Shown: piece after piece, positions 1-12,098 of the stretch | Position numbering within the stretch: position 1 is the first letter of the stretch | Layout: each line of letters opens with the position of its first letter | Assembly: GCA_963701295.1 (NCBI GenBank) | Contig: OY969585.1 | Span: forward strand, 384,001 to 448,000 | DNA length: 64,000 bases | From: Ignavibacteriota bacterium | GTDB lineage: Bacteria; Bacteroidota; Ignavibacteria; UBA10030 | Reading direction: 5' to 3' | Notes under the pieces: generated by a model | The model's input: the letters and a program-made list of their open reading frames with translations, nothing else | What the model was told of the DNA's origin: nothing | The model's database searches: none | Program-made: the position numbers and the translations under genes

Positions 1-2906
1 TCACCATCGCGCGTTTTACGTAATTCGATGACACGTTTATACTGAGGAATAGCTTTTGCATATTGTTGTGTTCCATAATAGAGATCAGCCAATCGGAGAC
101 AGAAAATATCTACCGTATCAGATGCGATGAGAATACTCTTCTGAAGAATATTTTCGCTTTCTTTCACATCAACCGGTGTTAAGACTGTGGCGAGTTTGCG
201 GTCGTTTACATATTTCAGCCAAGCATATTTTGCTAAGGCATTTGGATTTACCGGTTCGAGTTCCATAAGCATTTTGCGATACACAAACGTCTCATTATTG
301 AGATTAAGTTGTTCTGACGCATTTGCTAATCGTTCAAGAAGTACAGCATCTTTTGGAAATATTTTCTGAATTTCATGCAGAACAGAAAACCCAAAAAGCA
401 GAGACCCATTATTTTGATTGGTGTGATAAAATCCAATGTTGCGTAATTCCTCATTCGTCAATAGATTATTCTCCATCAGTCTTTTGAGTTGAAGGGGCAC
501 ACTATCGCATTGCATGCGTTCATCGAATCCAGCGAGTTGTGATACACCTGTGTTCACGAAAAATGCTCCTGGAGCACCATATTCCAAACGAGGATGATCC
601 TCTGTGTTTAAATCACCTACACCAATATATCGTAATACCGATTTGGACGAAAGCATTTCAAGCGAGAGCAATGTTGCAACATCAGGTATATGGATTCGCT
701 GAACATCTTCTTGAACATCCTTCGCTCTCATTGCGGTTTGAATTCTGTCGTAATCAATGGATAATGGTTGGTCCGATCCGACCATAATGATATCTGCCCA
801 CAAAGATTGCCATATCGATACATAGGTGAAGTTTGATTGAAATGTTCGCACAACCATTTTGAAGAGATCATCATTCATTTCATATAGATGAAACCATTGA
901 ACCATCAAACCGCCTGTATTCATCTTATGTTTACATTCTTCAAAAAAATCCGTTGTGTACAAATTACCGATGCCGGCAATCCAAGGATTAGACGGTTCGC
1001 TTACAATAATATCATACGTACGCGGAGTAATTTTAAGAAATGCAAGTGCGTCTTCAATGAACAGATTTGTGCGTGAATCGCTCAATGGGCAATGATTTAC
1101 TTCGTTAAAATGAGACGATGCCTCGATGACCTCTCGAGAAATTTCAACACAATCAACACGCTTCACATGATGCGTTAAAATGCTGCCGACAGTAACTCCG
1201 CTGCCCAAACCAATCACTAAAGCATTTTGTGGATTTTGATGAAGAAAGCATGGAAGTTGTCCAAGCAGCACTTGTGTCGGTAGATCACCTTTGGATGATG
1301 CGTCCGCCTTGCCATTGACAATGAGAATTCTCTGAGTTTCATTTCCGTACGAACCTTCTGTAACACCAATAGTTGCTGTTGTTCCTTCTCGATAATAGAG
1401 TAGCTTTAAAGTTCCTGTTTCTTTAACAAACTCTTCATAACTGGCAGGAGGTGGAATATTTGTATTCGTCCGACGGAATACACCGGCGAGCATAACATTT
1501 TTGTCCCAATGAGGTACAAAGAGTAAATAGGAAATCAGCGTAAGAATCATCAATGGTACTGCGATATACATTTGACGGCGAGGAACAGAATTCACCAAGA
1601 GAAAAATAAACAAACCTGCTATCAAATTACATCCAATACCTATTTCGATTGTATGCTTGACTCCCACGAGCGGAATGAGCACTAAACCTGCCATTAACGA
1701 GCCAATAACTGTACCAAGCGTATTTATCGCAAAAACATTTCCAACCGATTTACCGAGGACATCAATACCTCGAGCAGCAATGCGTGTGGCTATAGGAAGC
1801 GACATACCGAGAAAAATAGTCGGCACAATCATTAGTATAAAACCGAAGAAAAACTGAATGGTTAAATAAATTGGATATGTCGTGTAGCTGCGGGTAAGAA
1901 TGGATGCCGCTTTCCAGAATGCATAAGGAACACGACCATACAATGGAAGAATGGCAAGCATCGAAAGCACAATGCCGACCTGACACCAAGCCAACAGCGA
2001 GGAGAGATTTTTCACTCGCCGGATAACCGCTGAGACAATAAGACTGCCGATCGTAATACCAGAAATAAACGCCACTAACATGAGTGAGAATGAATACGTA
2101 GAAGAACCTATCACGGGAATCAACATTCGCACCCAAGTTACCTCATAGATCATTGCGGCGAGACCGGAAAATCCAGAAACTATGATAGCGAGAATGACCT
2201 CACGATGAGGAAAGAGTTGTTCCGATTCTTGTAACTCTTCAACAGCTTCTTTATTATGAGAAGGCATCTTCCATATTGACAACAGAAGCGCAAAAACACC
2301 AATGAGAAGATTGAAAACTGCCGCCAAATACACCGTCGTACTCAATCCAAGAATCCGAATAAAAAAGAATCCACTCAACAACGAACCAATAACGGCACCG
2401 AAGCTGTTGAGAAAATAGAGCACCGCAATATTTCTGCCTGATTCTTCTAACTTATGAGAAATAAAGCGTACCAGTACCGGTAATGTTCCACCCATCAGAA
2501 TGGTTGGAACCAACAATGAGCATAGACTTGTGAGAAACTTGAGAAGAAGAACAGTAGTTCCGTCGCTTGGAAGTTGCGATGAAATGACAATCGAAATAAA
2601 AACACTTTTTAGAAGTTCGAGAAACTTCGGATAGAGCAAACAATAAACACCTATACCCAACTCCAGAAACGCGTAGAGCCGGAGTGGCTGTGGCGTGCAA
2701 TCCACTTTCCTTCCCCACCAAGCCGAACCAATAGCGAGTCCTCCCATAAACGTAGCAAGGACAATCGTCTGTGCATATGTTGTATTGCCGAGGAAAAGCG
2801 AAAGATATTTAAACCACACAATCTGATAAATGAGGCCGAGTCCACCAGAAATGACAAATAAAAGTCCGATAATGGAATGAAGTGTTTGACGGGATAGAAG
2901 TCTCAT
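1..2906 (-). CDS. Fused multi-TM membrane domain / spermidine synthase-like SAM-dependent domain / TPR protein (3' end runs off the window)
   Basis: Not in the ORF track because there is no stop in the window. ATG at 2906 reads MRLLSRQTLHSIIGLLFVISGGLGLIYQIVWFKYLSLFLGNTTY, followed by many TM segments, LVIGLGSGVT (SAM-binding) and SEPSNPWIAGIGNLY. A TPR-like AKAIPQYKRVIELR lies at the window edge. Confidence 0.85.
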   Translation of the reverse strand, partial: MRLLSRQTLHSIIGLLFVISGGLGLIYQIVWFKYLSLFLGNTTYAQTIVLATFMGGLAIGSAWWGRKVDCTPQPLRLYAFLELGIGVYCLLYPKFLELLKSVFISIVISSQLPSDGTTVLLLKFLTSLCSLLVPTILMGGTLPVLVRFISHKLEESGRNIAVLYFLNSFGAVIGSLLSGFFFIRILGLSTTVYLAAVFNLLIGVFALLLSIWKMPSHNKEAVEELQESEQLFPHREVILAIIVSGFSGLAAMIYEVTWVRMLIPVIGSSTYSFSLMLVAFISGITIGSLIVSAVIRRVKNLSSLLAWCQVGIVLSMLAILPLYGRVPYAFWKAASILTRSYTTYPIYLTIQFFFGFILMIVPTIFLGMSLPIATRIAARGIDVLGKSVGNVFAINTLGTVIGSLMAGLVLIPLVGVKHTIEIGIGCNLIAGLFIFLLVNSVPRRQMYIAVPLMILTLISYLLFVPHWDKNVMLAGVFRRTNTNIPPPASYEEFVKETGTLKLLYYREGTTATIGVTEGSYGNETQRILIVNGKADASSKGDLPTQVLLGQLPCFLHQNPQNALVIGLGSGVTVGSILTHHVKRVDCVEISREVIEASSHFNEVNHCPLSDSRTNLFIEDALAFLKITPRTYDIIVSEPSNPWIAGIGNLYTTDFFEECKHKMNTGGLMVQWFHLYEMNDDLFKMVVRTFQSNFTYVSIWQSLWADIIMVGSDQPLSIDYDRIQTAMRAKDVQEDVQRIHIPDVATLLSLEMLSSKSVLRYIGVGDLNTEDHPRLEYGAPGAFFVNTGVSQLAGFDERMQCDSVPLQLKRLMENNLLTNEELRNIGFYHTNQNNGSLLFGFSVLHEIQKIFPKDAVLLERLANASEQLNLNNETFVYRKMLMELEPVNPNALAKYAWLKYVNDRKLATVLTPVDVKESENILQKSILIASDTVDIFCLRLADLYYGTQQYAKAIPQYKRVIELRKTRDG

Positions 2907-2921
2907 AGGTTTGTATCTACC

Positions 2922-3875
2922 TTATGATTGTTTAAAATGAAGGATGAATTCTTGGGCTACATCATACGGTGTAAGAGATCCGGAAAACACTTGATCAATT
3001 TGTTCCGTTAAATAAACAGTACGCTCGGAAGTCCAAAAATCAAAATGCCATTGCTCATTGATAATTTCATGAATATGCTGCTTTAACTGCATTTTTCGCC
3101 GTTCAATAAGTGTATTGGAAGTTTGGAGAAAACTGCGATGTTGATTAATTATCATAATAACTTCAGCAATACCTTTACCCTCATGGGCTTGTGTTTTTAC
3201 AATGCGTGCTAGCCAATCTTGTCCGTTGTGCGGACGGAGTCCAAGAATAAACTCAATGGAATTCATCGCTTGATCAGCGCCTGGACGATCCGCCTTGTTC
3301 ATCACAAAGAGATCGGCAATTTCCATCAATCCTGCTTTCATCGCCTGAATACCATCGCCAGATTCAGGGACCAGCACCACAACGGTCGTGTCAACAGCGC
3401 GCGCAATATCAAGCTCCGATTGACCCACGCCGACAGTTTCCATCAGGATGATATTATATCCCGCGGCATCGAGGATATCTGCTGCTTCTTTTGCTTTCTT
3501 GCTTAATCCACCAAGACTCCCGCGGGACGCCATACTACGGATGAACACACCCTCATCCAATTCAACGTCAGACATACGCACACGATCACCTAAGAGTGCT
3601 CCGCCTGTAAACGGACTTGTCGGATCCACAGCGATAATGCCTACTTTACAGTTCTGCGTTCGATAGTATTTTGCGAGTTTATTCGTCAGCGTGCTTTTGC
3701 CTGCGCCAGGCGGACCGGTAATACCTATTCGATATGCATTGCCGGTTCGAGGGAATAGAGCGCGTAGAACATCGATAGACACTTTTGCATTGTTCTCAAC
3801 AAGTGAGATTGCTTGTGCAACGGTACGTGGATCACAGTGTGTGATCCGATCAACCATATCATCGGTCGAAATCAC
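2922..3875 (-). CDS. meaB: Methylmalonyl-CoA mutase-associated GTPase MeaB/ArgK
   Basis: GITGPPGAGKST P-loop, AVDPTSPFTGGALLGDRVRM, ETVGVGQSE, NKAD. Confidence 0.95.
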   Translation of the reverse strand: MISTDDMVDRITHCDPRTVAQAISLVENNAKVSIDVLRALFPRTGNAYRIGITGPPGAGKSTLTNKLAKYYRTQNCKVGIIAVDPTSPFTGGALLGDRVRMSDVELDEGVFIRSMASRGSLGGLSKKAKEAADILDAAGYNIILMETVGVGQSELDIARAVDTTVVVLVPESGDGIQAMKAGLMEIADLFVMNKADRPGADQAMNSIEFILGLRPHNGQDWLARIVKTQAHEGKGIAEVIMIINQHRSFLQTSNTLIERRKMQLKQHIHEIINEQWHFDFWTSERTVYLTEQIDQVFSGSLTPYDVAQEFILHFKQS

Positions 3876-4804
3876 TTCGGTTGGGAAATTTTCTTCTTAA
3901 AATATTCTGCCGTCAGCCGCAAACCTTCATCTAACTGGACAGTAGGATGCCAGCCGAGTTCTTGTTCGATTTTATTAAAGCTGATTACACTACGCTGTTG
4001 CTCTCCAGCTTTCGCCGGAGCATGTTGTTCAGGGCAGGATGGATTGAGATGACTTCGTAGCTCGTAAAACAGTTTGTTCACATCGCTTTCTATGCTCGTG
4101 CCCACATTATAGATAGCAGATCCGTCGTGCTTCAGTGCTAACAAATTAGCTTTCACAATATCACCAACGAAAGTGTAATCGCGCGTCTGCTTTCCATCGC
4201 CATTGATAAGGGGCTTTTCGCCTTTCAACATCTTATTGCAGAAAATGGCAACAACACCAGCTTCGCCGTGAGGATTCTGTCGCGGCCCATACACATTGGC
4301 ATAGCGTAGAATAACGTGATCGATCCTATGAACTGCCTTATAGAAGAACAAGTATTTCTCGGTACAGAGTTTTGTAATGCCATAGGGAGAAAGTGGACGC
4401 ATGGGATGTTCTTCATCGGCCGGAAAATAATCTTGTTCACCATAAATGGCGCCGCCGGTAGAAGAAAAAATAATTTTCTTAACTCTGTGCTTGCGTGCAG
4501 ATTCGAAAAGGTTAAGTCCGCCAAGAACGTTGACAGAGGCATCAAACTTCGGATCAGCAACCGACCGCCGCACATCCATTTGCGCAGCAAGGTGATTCAC
4601 GATATCAATCTTTTCTTTTTGAAACACATCTTCTAACTTTTCGCTTCGGATATCAAGTTGATAAAAACCAGCCTTCGGGTTGATATTTTCCAGAACCCCT
4701 CCGGACAGATTATCTACAATAACAACATTGTGTCTCTCGGCGATGTACGCATCCGCGATGTGCGATCCAATAAATCCTGCTCCACCTGTGATAAGAATAT
4801 TCAA
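3872..4804 (-). CDS. NAD-dependent epimerase/dehydratase (UDP-glucose 4-epimerase-like)
   Basis: TGGAGFIGSH, SSTGGAIYG, YGITK (YxxxK), RYANVYGPRQ. Confidence 0.93.
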   Translation of the reverse strand: MNILITGGAGFIGSHIADAYIAERHNVVIVDNLSGGVLENINPKAGFYQLDIRSEKLEDVFQKEKIDIVNHLAAQMDVRRSVADPKFDASVNVLGGLNLFESARKHRVKKIIFSSTGGAIYGEQDYFPADEEHPMRPLSPYGITKLCTEKYLFFYKAVHRIDHVILRYANVYGPRQNPHGEAGVVAIFCNKMLKGEKPLINGDGKQTRDYTFVGDIVKANLLALKHDGSAIYNVGTSIESDVNKLFYELRSHLNPSCPEQHAPAKAGEQQRSVISFNKIEQELGWHPTVQLDEGLRLTAEYFKKKISQPK

Positions 4805-4828
4805 AGTAACTCCTTATTGCTTATTACT

Positions 4829-6127
4829 TTATTTCGTTATATGTAAATACTTGAGTGCTTTCTTTCCGATATCGCTACGATAATAGGTGCCATCGAACGT
4901 AATTTTTTCCACGGCACGGTATGCGTTTTGAATCGTTTGGTCCAATTCGTCATTAAAACCAATCGCTGTCACACCAAGCACGCGTCCGCCGGAAGTTACT
5001 ATTTTACCGCCGTCTTTCCGAGTACCGGCATGAAACACCACAACGCCATCTTCCATTTTGATGTTTTCGAGGCCTAAAATTTGTTTGCCGGATTGATATT
5101 CATCTGGATATCCTTGCGAAGCCATCACGACACACACAGCGGTTGCTTGATGCATTTTCACTTTCGATGGGTCAAGCCGGTGTTCCACGATAGAGAGAAA
5201 TATCTCCGCTAAATCTCCATCAATGAGGGGAACAACAACTTGCGTTTCCGGATCGCCGAAACGGCAATTGTATTCGAGTACTTCAGGTCCCTCAGCTGTC
5301 ATCATTAATCCAATATAGAGACAACCGCGATAAGGATATCCTTCATGCTTCATACCGTTAAGTGTTGGATGAACAACTTCACGTATGACGCACTGGAGAA
5401 TTTCTTCGGTCACTATCGGTGCCGGAGCATATGCTCCCATTCCACCGGTATTCTTTCCAAGATCGCCATCGAGAATGCGTTTGTGATCTTGTGCAGATGG
5501 AAGTGTGACAAAACGTTCGCCATCTGTGAGAATAAAAACGGACGCTTCTTCACCAATGAGAAACTCCTCCACGACAATTCGATCACCGGCGTCACCAAAT
5601 GCCCGGTGCAGAACGATATCATCCAGCGCAACGAGTGCTTCCTGCCGATCTTTACAGATGATGACACCTTTGCCAGCTGCAAGGCCGTCAGCCTTTACGA
5701 TCATCGGTGGATCAAGTGTGTTAATATAGTTTTTCGCTGCATCATATGCATTCGCTGCAAATGTACGGTATTGGGCGGTCGGAATGTGATGCCGCGTCAT
5801 AAAATCCTTGGAGAAGACTTTACTTCCCTCCAATTGTGCGGCAGATTTGCTTGGACCGAAAACCTTGAATCCGTATTCTTCAAAAGTATCTACGAATCCT
5901 TCAACAAGGGGCCGCTCAGAACCGACAACTGTCAGATCTATTTTTTTTTCTTTCGTAAATTTTAACAACCCCTTGACATCTGTCGGTTGTAATTGTACGA
6001 GTGTAGCAAGTTGCTCAATACCGGCATTCCCGGGAGCGCAAAATATTGTTTTTACTTGAGAACTCTGACGAAGTTTCCATACGAGCGCATGCTCTCTTCC
6101 TCCTGAACCGACAACAAGAATATTCAT
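4829..6127 (-). CDS. purD: Phosphoribosylamine--glycine ligase
   Basis: GSGGREHAL, KADGLAAGKGV, QDHKR, NTGGMGAY, EYNCRFGDPE. Confidence 0.97.
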   Translation of the reverse strand: MNILVVGSGGREHALVWKLRQSSQVKTIFCAPGNAGIEQLATLVQLQPTDVKGLLKFTKEKKIDLTVVGSERPLVEGFVDTFEEYGFKVFGPSKSAAQLEGSKVFSKDFMTRHHIPTAQYRTFAANAYDAAKNYINTLDPPMIVKADGLAAGKGVIICKDRQEALVALDDIVLHRAFGDAGDRIVVEEFLIGEEASVFILTDGERFVTLPSAQDHKRILDGDLGKNTGGMGAYAPAPIVTEEILQCVIREVVHPTLNGMKHEGYPYRGCLYIGLMMTAEGPEVLEYNCRFGDPETQVVVPLIDGDLAEIFLSIVEHRLDPSKVKMHQATAVCVVMASQGYPDEYQSGKQILGLENIKMEDGVVVFHAGTRKDGGKIVTSGGRVLGVTAIGFNDELDQTIQNAYRAVEKITFDGTYYRSDIGKKALKYLHITK

Positions 6128-7446
6128 ACAGATTGTTCTTTCATAGTAATAATACTGGTACGATCATAATCCATCAATGATTCGAACTGTTTTGCCAATT
6201 CGCCGGTCAGCATAAGTCGATTGAATTTTGAAGAAAAGGCATTCGGCATTCGTTCCATTTTTTTATGCTCGAATCGAGTGAACTGCTCAAGAATAGCTTG
6301 TTCATGCGCTGCACCATCTTTCAGTGGAACACACATTGATGCACCGCATTCATGAATAAGCTGCTTCGTATATCCCTCAACCAAAGATGCAATCATGGGT
6401 TTACGTGTACCAAAATATTCATACAGTTTTCCAGGCGTTTGATAATCATTATCAATAACAAACCAGAGGAGATCAGATTCGGAAAGGTATTTAACACATT
6501 CACGATGTGGAAGATAGCCAAGAAAACTTACTGCATCCTGCAAATCCAAACGCTTTACAAGCCGCTTATCTTCTTCACGTGCATTGCCAATGAGATTTAC
6601 TTCAATACGTCCCCGAATTCTCGGATTTGCCCGCAAAACGTTTGTAAGCGCCTGTAAAAAAACTCCGGGACTCCTCTGGGCGTAAAATGTACCTGCATGT
6701 GCAATCTTCATTCGCACAGGCCGAATCCGCTTTTCGCTGGCCATCGCTGGAAAATCTTCTGGATCAAATCCTTGCGATATGATGATCACTTCGTTGTACC
6801 TAACAAATGGATACCGCCGAAGAATGCTCTCCTTTACTCGTCGATGCGTTACGATTACACGGTCGGCTGCTCTCAGCACTCGCTTTTCCAAATGCTTGTG
6901 CCAAAAACGGTGTAATGGCGTAGGGAAATATTTAAACGGATACTCCAGCCATGCATCACGATAATCCACAACAAGTGGAATTTCAAACTTCCGTTTCAAT
7001 GCAACACCTATTAAAAAATCTGTTTGCGGTGGTGCAGTTGCAAAAATCAAATCGAACTGCTCCTGCTCGAGCAGACTAGAAGCTGCTTTTACAGCAGCAA
7101 TTTTCCAACCTATTTTAGTATCAGGAATGAAGAACACATCACCGAGGAATTGTAATATTTTCCGCATTCGTTCGGATGGCATTTTAACGACTCCTCGCTT
7201 CTTGAACAAGTGATTGGCATCGTACGAATGTGTACGGATAATCTTCACACCGGCTTCTTCTGCTTCCTTCAGCAACGTATCATCAAATGCGTAATATCCT
7301 GTCGGTTCAACTGTGAGCACGGTTGGCTTCCAACCGTATTGAGGCAGGAACTTCGCAAACTTCACCGTTCGCTGCACACCACTTAATCCCATCGGAGGAA
7401 AATAATAAGCAATAAGGAGGACTTTTCTAAATCCGTCATTCATCAT
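6124..7446 (-). CDS. Glycosyltransferase family 4 protein
   Basis: IAYYFPP...GVQR N-terminus, DYRDAW, PGKLYEY motif typical of GT-B/GT4. Confidence 0.85.
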   Translation of the reverse strand: MMNDGFRKVLLIAYYFPPMGLSGVQRTVKFAKFLPQYGWKPTVLTVEPTGYYAFDDTLLKEAEEAGVKIIRTHSYDANHLFKKRGVVKMPSERMRKILQFLGDVFFIPDTKIGWKIAAVKAASSLLEQEQFDLIFATAPPQTDFLIGVALKRKFEIPLVVDYRDAWLEYPFKYFPTPLHRFWHKHLEKRVLRAADRVIVTHRRVKESILRRYPFVRYNEVIIISQGFDPEDFPAMASEKRIRPVRMKIAHAGTFYAQRSPGVFLQALTNVLRANPRIRGRIEVNLIGNAREEDKRLVKRLDLQDAVSFLGYLPHRECVKYLSESDLLWFVIDNDYQTPGKLYEYFGTRKPMIASLVEGYTKQLIHECGASMCVPLKDGAAHEQAILEQFTRFEHKKMERMPNAFSSKFNRLMLTGELAKQFESLMDYDRTSIITMKEQSV

Positions 7447-7449
7447 AAT

Positions 7450-8520
7450 TCACACTATAATTAATTCTTTGGGAGATGTTGTCAGCACATCGCAGCCATT
7501 TTCGCGAATAATAATATCGTCCTCAATTCGTACACCGCCTCTTCCCGGAATATAAATACCCGGTTCTATTGTCACCACATTGCCCGTTTGGAGTATTGCT
7601 GTGCTAAGCGCAGAAAGTCGTATGGGCTCGTGGACATGAATGCCAAGTCCGTGACCAAGTGAGTGAATGAAATATCGTCCATAACCTGCTTGCCGAATAT
7701 GTTTCCGCGCTACTGCATCAACCGACCGAGCCGCAACTCCATGACGTGCAGTATCAATCGCTTTCGTCTGTGCATCAAGCACAATTTTGTATATCTTTTT
7801 CATTTCTACCGACGGTTTCCCGACAGCGATAGTTCGTGTGAGATCGCTATGGTAGCCGAAATATCGGCAGCCGAAATCCAGTACTACCATTTCGCCGCGT
7901 CGGATGATTTTATTAGATGCTCTTGCATGGGGTAGTGCACCGCGTTCGCCGCTTGCCACGATGGGATCGAAGGCATCACACTCTGCGCCGTACTTTCGAT
8001 GCCAGTAGCTGATTTCTGCAGCAATATCACATTCTCGCATGCTAGGCCGGATTAGCGTCAAAATTTTCTTGAATACCTTATCAGTAATTTGTGCAGCATA
8101 TCGGATGAGCGTTACCTCCCCATTATCTTTTATCGCAGTTACAGTTTCGAGGATCTTTGTTGCAGGTACAAAATGTCGACCGGGCAGGAGTTTTTTTAGA
8201 TTCTTCATATCTGCCACCGTAACGTACTCACTCTCGAATCCGATACGTATCTTCAGAGGGATCAGCGATTTTTCGGTGATGAGTGGGAAGAGACTCTGTT
8301 TCGCGATGATGATGGTGAAGCCGTCAACTTCTAGAGGTGCTTGAGATTTATATCGTCTATCCGTGATAAAAAATTGTTTTTCCGGAGTAATCACACATAG
8401 CCCACTGGAGCCGGAGAAACCTGTCAGATAACGAACGTGAGACATTTCAGTTACAAGAAATGCTTGAAGCCGAAGCTCTGTCATCGCCGTGCGAGCTGCG
8501 GCAAGCCGTCGGTGAATCAT
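7450..8520 (-). CDS. Xaa-Pro aminopeptidase/dipeptidase (M24B)
   Basis: RYLTGFSGS, DFG...YHSDLTRT, HSLGHGLG, TIEPGIY, GVRIEDD. Start placed at ATG 8520, just after the guaB stop, instead of the overlapping 8568. Confidence 0.93.
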   Translation of the reverse strand: MIHRRLAAARTAMTELRLQAFLVTEMSHVRYLTGFSGSSGLCVITPEKQFFITDRRYKSQAPLEVDGFTIIIAKQSLFPLITEKSLIPLKIRIGFESEYVTVADMKNLKKLLPGRHFVPATKILETVTAIKDNGEVTLIRYAAQITDKVFKKILTLIRPSMRECDIAAEISYWHRKYGAECDAFDPIVASGERGALPHARASNKIIRRGEMVVLDFGCRYFGYHSDLTRTIAVGKPSVEMKKIYKIVLDAQTKAIDTARHGVAARSVDAVARKHIRQAGYGRYFIHSLGHGLGIHVHEPIRLSALSTAILQTGNVVTIEPGIYIPGRGGVRIEDDIIIRENGCDVLTTSPKELIIV

Positions 8521-8527
8521 CGAGAGA

Positions 8528-10006
<1,479 letters not shown>

Positions 10007-10175
10007 TTAGTAAAATCGAACGATAAAATTCTTTTCCTGAATTTCATCACAGAAACTTCCTTGGAAGGATAAGTGATGTTCCGCTTATATCAAGTAAACA
10101 TTAGCGCAATTAATTTTGCTGAAAAAATTAGGCAATAATCGACGCAAAAGCAAGAAAACGATGGATGGTAGAAAT

Positions 10176-10270
10176 ATAGAAAAGCCGGTTTCTCGATCAA
10201 CCCCGCCATGAGTGATCAATAACCGGCTCCGCAAGAAGGAGTTTTGGGAATCTTGAGTTTATTCCCAATT
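10176..10270 (-). terminator. Structured 3' element ending in an intrinsic-terminator-like hairpin
   Basis: Minus strand: TTGGGAAT..ATTCCCAA hairpin, then AGCCGGTT...AACCGGCT stem with inner TGATC/GATCG pairing, followed by TTTTCT. Confidence 0.55.
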
Positions 10271-10331
10271 GTTGTTACGAATTATGAATTAGAAGGTTGC
10301 ACAATAGACGAGATTTTTTTACTAAGAGTAT

Positions 10332-11702
10332 CTAATCGGGAAGATCCCACCGCGGCACTTGAATGTCATATCGCTTGATCTTAAGATAGAGCGTCTTTGG
10401 TGTAATGCCCAATGCCTTTGCAGTTTTGACACGATTCCAATGGAAATGTTTCAAAAGACGTTCGATATGAAGTTTTTCAAGATCCTCAATGGTAATGAGA
10501 ATCTCTGCCTGTGGCAGTTCAGAGAGAGCTGTGGACTGAGGTGGTGCGGCGCTCAATGCAACATTCATCCATAAATCTTTTGGTTCCACAACATCGGCAT
10601 GGCTGAGAGCAATGGCGCCTTCAATGACATGTTCAAGTTCACGGACATTACCGGGCCAATCGTAGGTCATCAACACTTGCAATGCTTCTGGGCTGAGGTG
10701 TTTCGTCTTTGTTTTTCGGGTAAGAAAACTTTCTACGAGAAGCGGAATATCTTCTTTACGTTCTTTGAGATTAGGCAAACGGAGACTCACGACATTTAAT
10801 CGATAGAGTAAATCCTCACGGAACCGATTCTCTTTTACTTCTTCCTGTAAATTTTTATTTGTTGCCGATACGACACGAACATCCACCGTTCGAGTGTTGG
10901 TTCCTCCGACTCGGCGAAACTCACCTGTCTCAAGAAAGCGAAGAAGTTTTGGCTGAGTGGTTATACTGATATCACCGACTTCATCCAGGAACAACGTGCC
11001 GCCATCAGCCACTTCGACAAGTCCTTGTTTTGTCTTAATGGCACTTGTGAAAGATCCTTTTTCATGTCCGAATAGTTCACTTTCCAAGAGCTGGTCCGGC
11101 ATCGCAGCACAGTTGACAGCGATAAACGCCTGATTCTTCCGCATACTATGCTGATGAACAAGCCGTGCAAAAAGTTCTTTGCCCGTGCCGCTCGCTCCTT
11201 GAATCAATACAAATGCTTCACTCAATGCCAACTTGATTGCCTTGTGGACGACATCCTTGAATATTTGGCATTCACCGATTAACTCAACGGGGCGTGCAAG
11301 TTGATTCACTTCCTTTTCGATGAGAAGTTGTTTGTGTTCGAGTGCACGTCGGACTGTTGCGATAAGTTCAGCAGTTTCGTACGGTTTACTGACAAAATCG
11401 TACGCTCCAAGTTTTGTAGTCTCAATGGCTGTTTTCACATCCACGATATTTGTCAGCATAATAACTTGAGTGGCGGGGGCATGTTCTTTGATATGCTTTA
11501 GTACTTCAACACCGCTGATACGAGGCATCTTGACGTCGAGCAAGACAACATCGTACACTTTTGCTTGAATAAGATTGATGGCGTCTGAGCCGCTCAGCAC
11601 GGTATCAACTTCGAACTCCGGCAGATCTTCCAACTCAGTTTTGACGAGATAGGTTATCGATTCTTCGTCATCAACGACTAGAATCCGATGTTTTTTTGAC
11701 AT
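10332..11702 (-). CDS. Sigma54-dependent response regulator (REC-AAA+-Fis HTH; NtrC/AtoC family)
   Basis: REC domain, GASGTGKE, ESELFGHEKGSFTSA (GAFTGA variant), LFLDEVG, FREDLLYRLNV, WPGNVREL, C-terminal HTH. Confidence 0.95.
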   Translation of the reverse strand: MSKKHRILVVDDEESITYLVKTELEDLPEFEVDTVLSGSDAINLIQAKVYDVVLLDVKMPRISGVEVLKHIKEHAPATQVIMLTNIVDVKTAIETTKLGAYDFVSKPYETAELIATVRRALEHKQLLIEKEVNQLARPVELIGECQIFKDVVHKAIKLALSEAFVLIQGASGTGKELFARLVHQHSMRKNQAFIAVNCAAMPDQLLESELFGHEKGSFTSAIKTKQGLVEVADGGTLFLDEVGDISITTQPKLLRFLETGEFRRVGGTNTRTVDVRVVSATNKNLQEEVKENRFREDLLYRLNVVSLRLPNLKERKEDIPLLVESFLTRKTKTKHLSPEALQVLMTYDWPGNVRELEHVIEGAIALSHADVVEPKDLWMNVALSAAPPQSTALSELPQAEILITIEDLEKLHIERLLKHFHWNRVKTAKALGITPKTLYLKIKRYDIQVPRWDLPD

Positions 11703-11726
11703 AGCGGCAAGGCTCCCTTGCCAGCT

Positions 11727-12098
11727 TTATGCACTAGTAAGAACTCTTTCGACTGTGGTAAGCAGATCGACGAGATCGTAGGGTTTACTTACGAAATCCT
11801 CTGCGCCAAGTTTTTTCGACTCGATTGCATTCTTGAGGTCGGCAAAACCTGTTAACATAACGACCTTGGTTTTTGGCCAACGGTCCTTGACAAATTTTAA
11901 AACTTCAAATCCGTCAACATTGGGCATTTTAATGTCCAAGAGGATAAGATCAAAACCTTTGGTTGTTAATATATTAATAGCATCTTGCCCGTCGGCGGCA
12001 CTGGTCACTTGATACCCTTCGCCCTCTAATTCTGCACTCAGGACAACACGAAGCGCTTCTTCATCATCAACAACCAAAATTCTGTTTTTTGCAGGCAT
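11727..12098 (-). CDS. Single-domain response regulator
   Basis: ILVVDDE, LLDIKMP, VMLTG, SKP. ATG at 12098 is preceded by the SD AAGGAG. Confidence 0.93.
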   Translation of the reverse strand: MPAKNRILVVDDEEALRVVLSAELEGEGYQVTSAADGQDAINILTTKGFDLILLDIKMPNVDGFEVLKFVKDRWPKTKVVMLTGFADLKNAIESKKLGAEDFVSKPYDLVDLLTTVERVLTSA

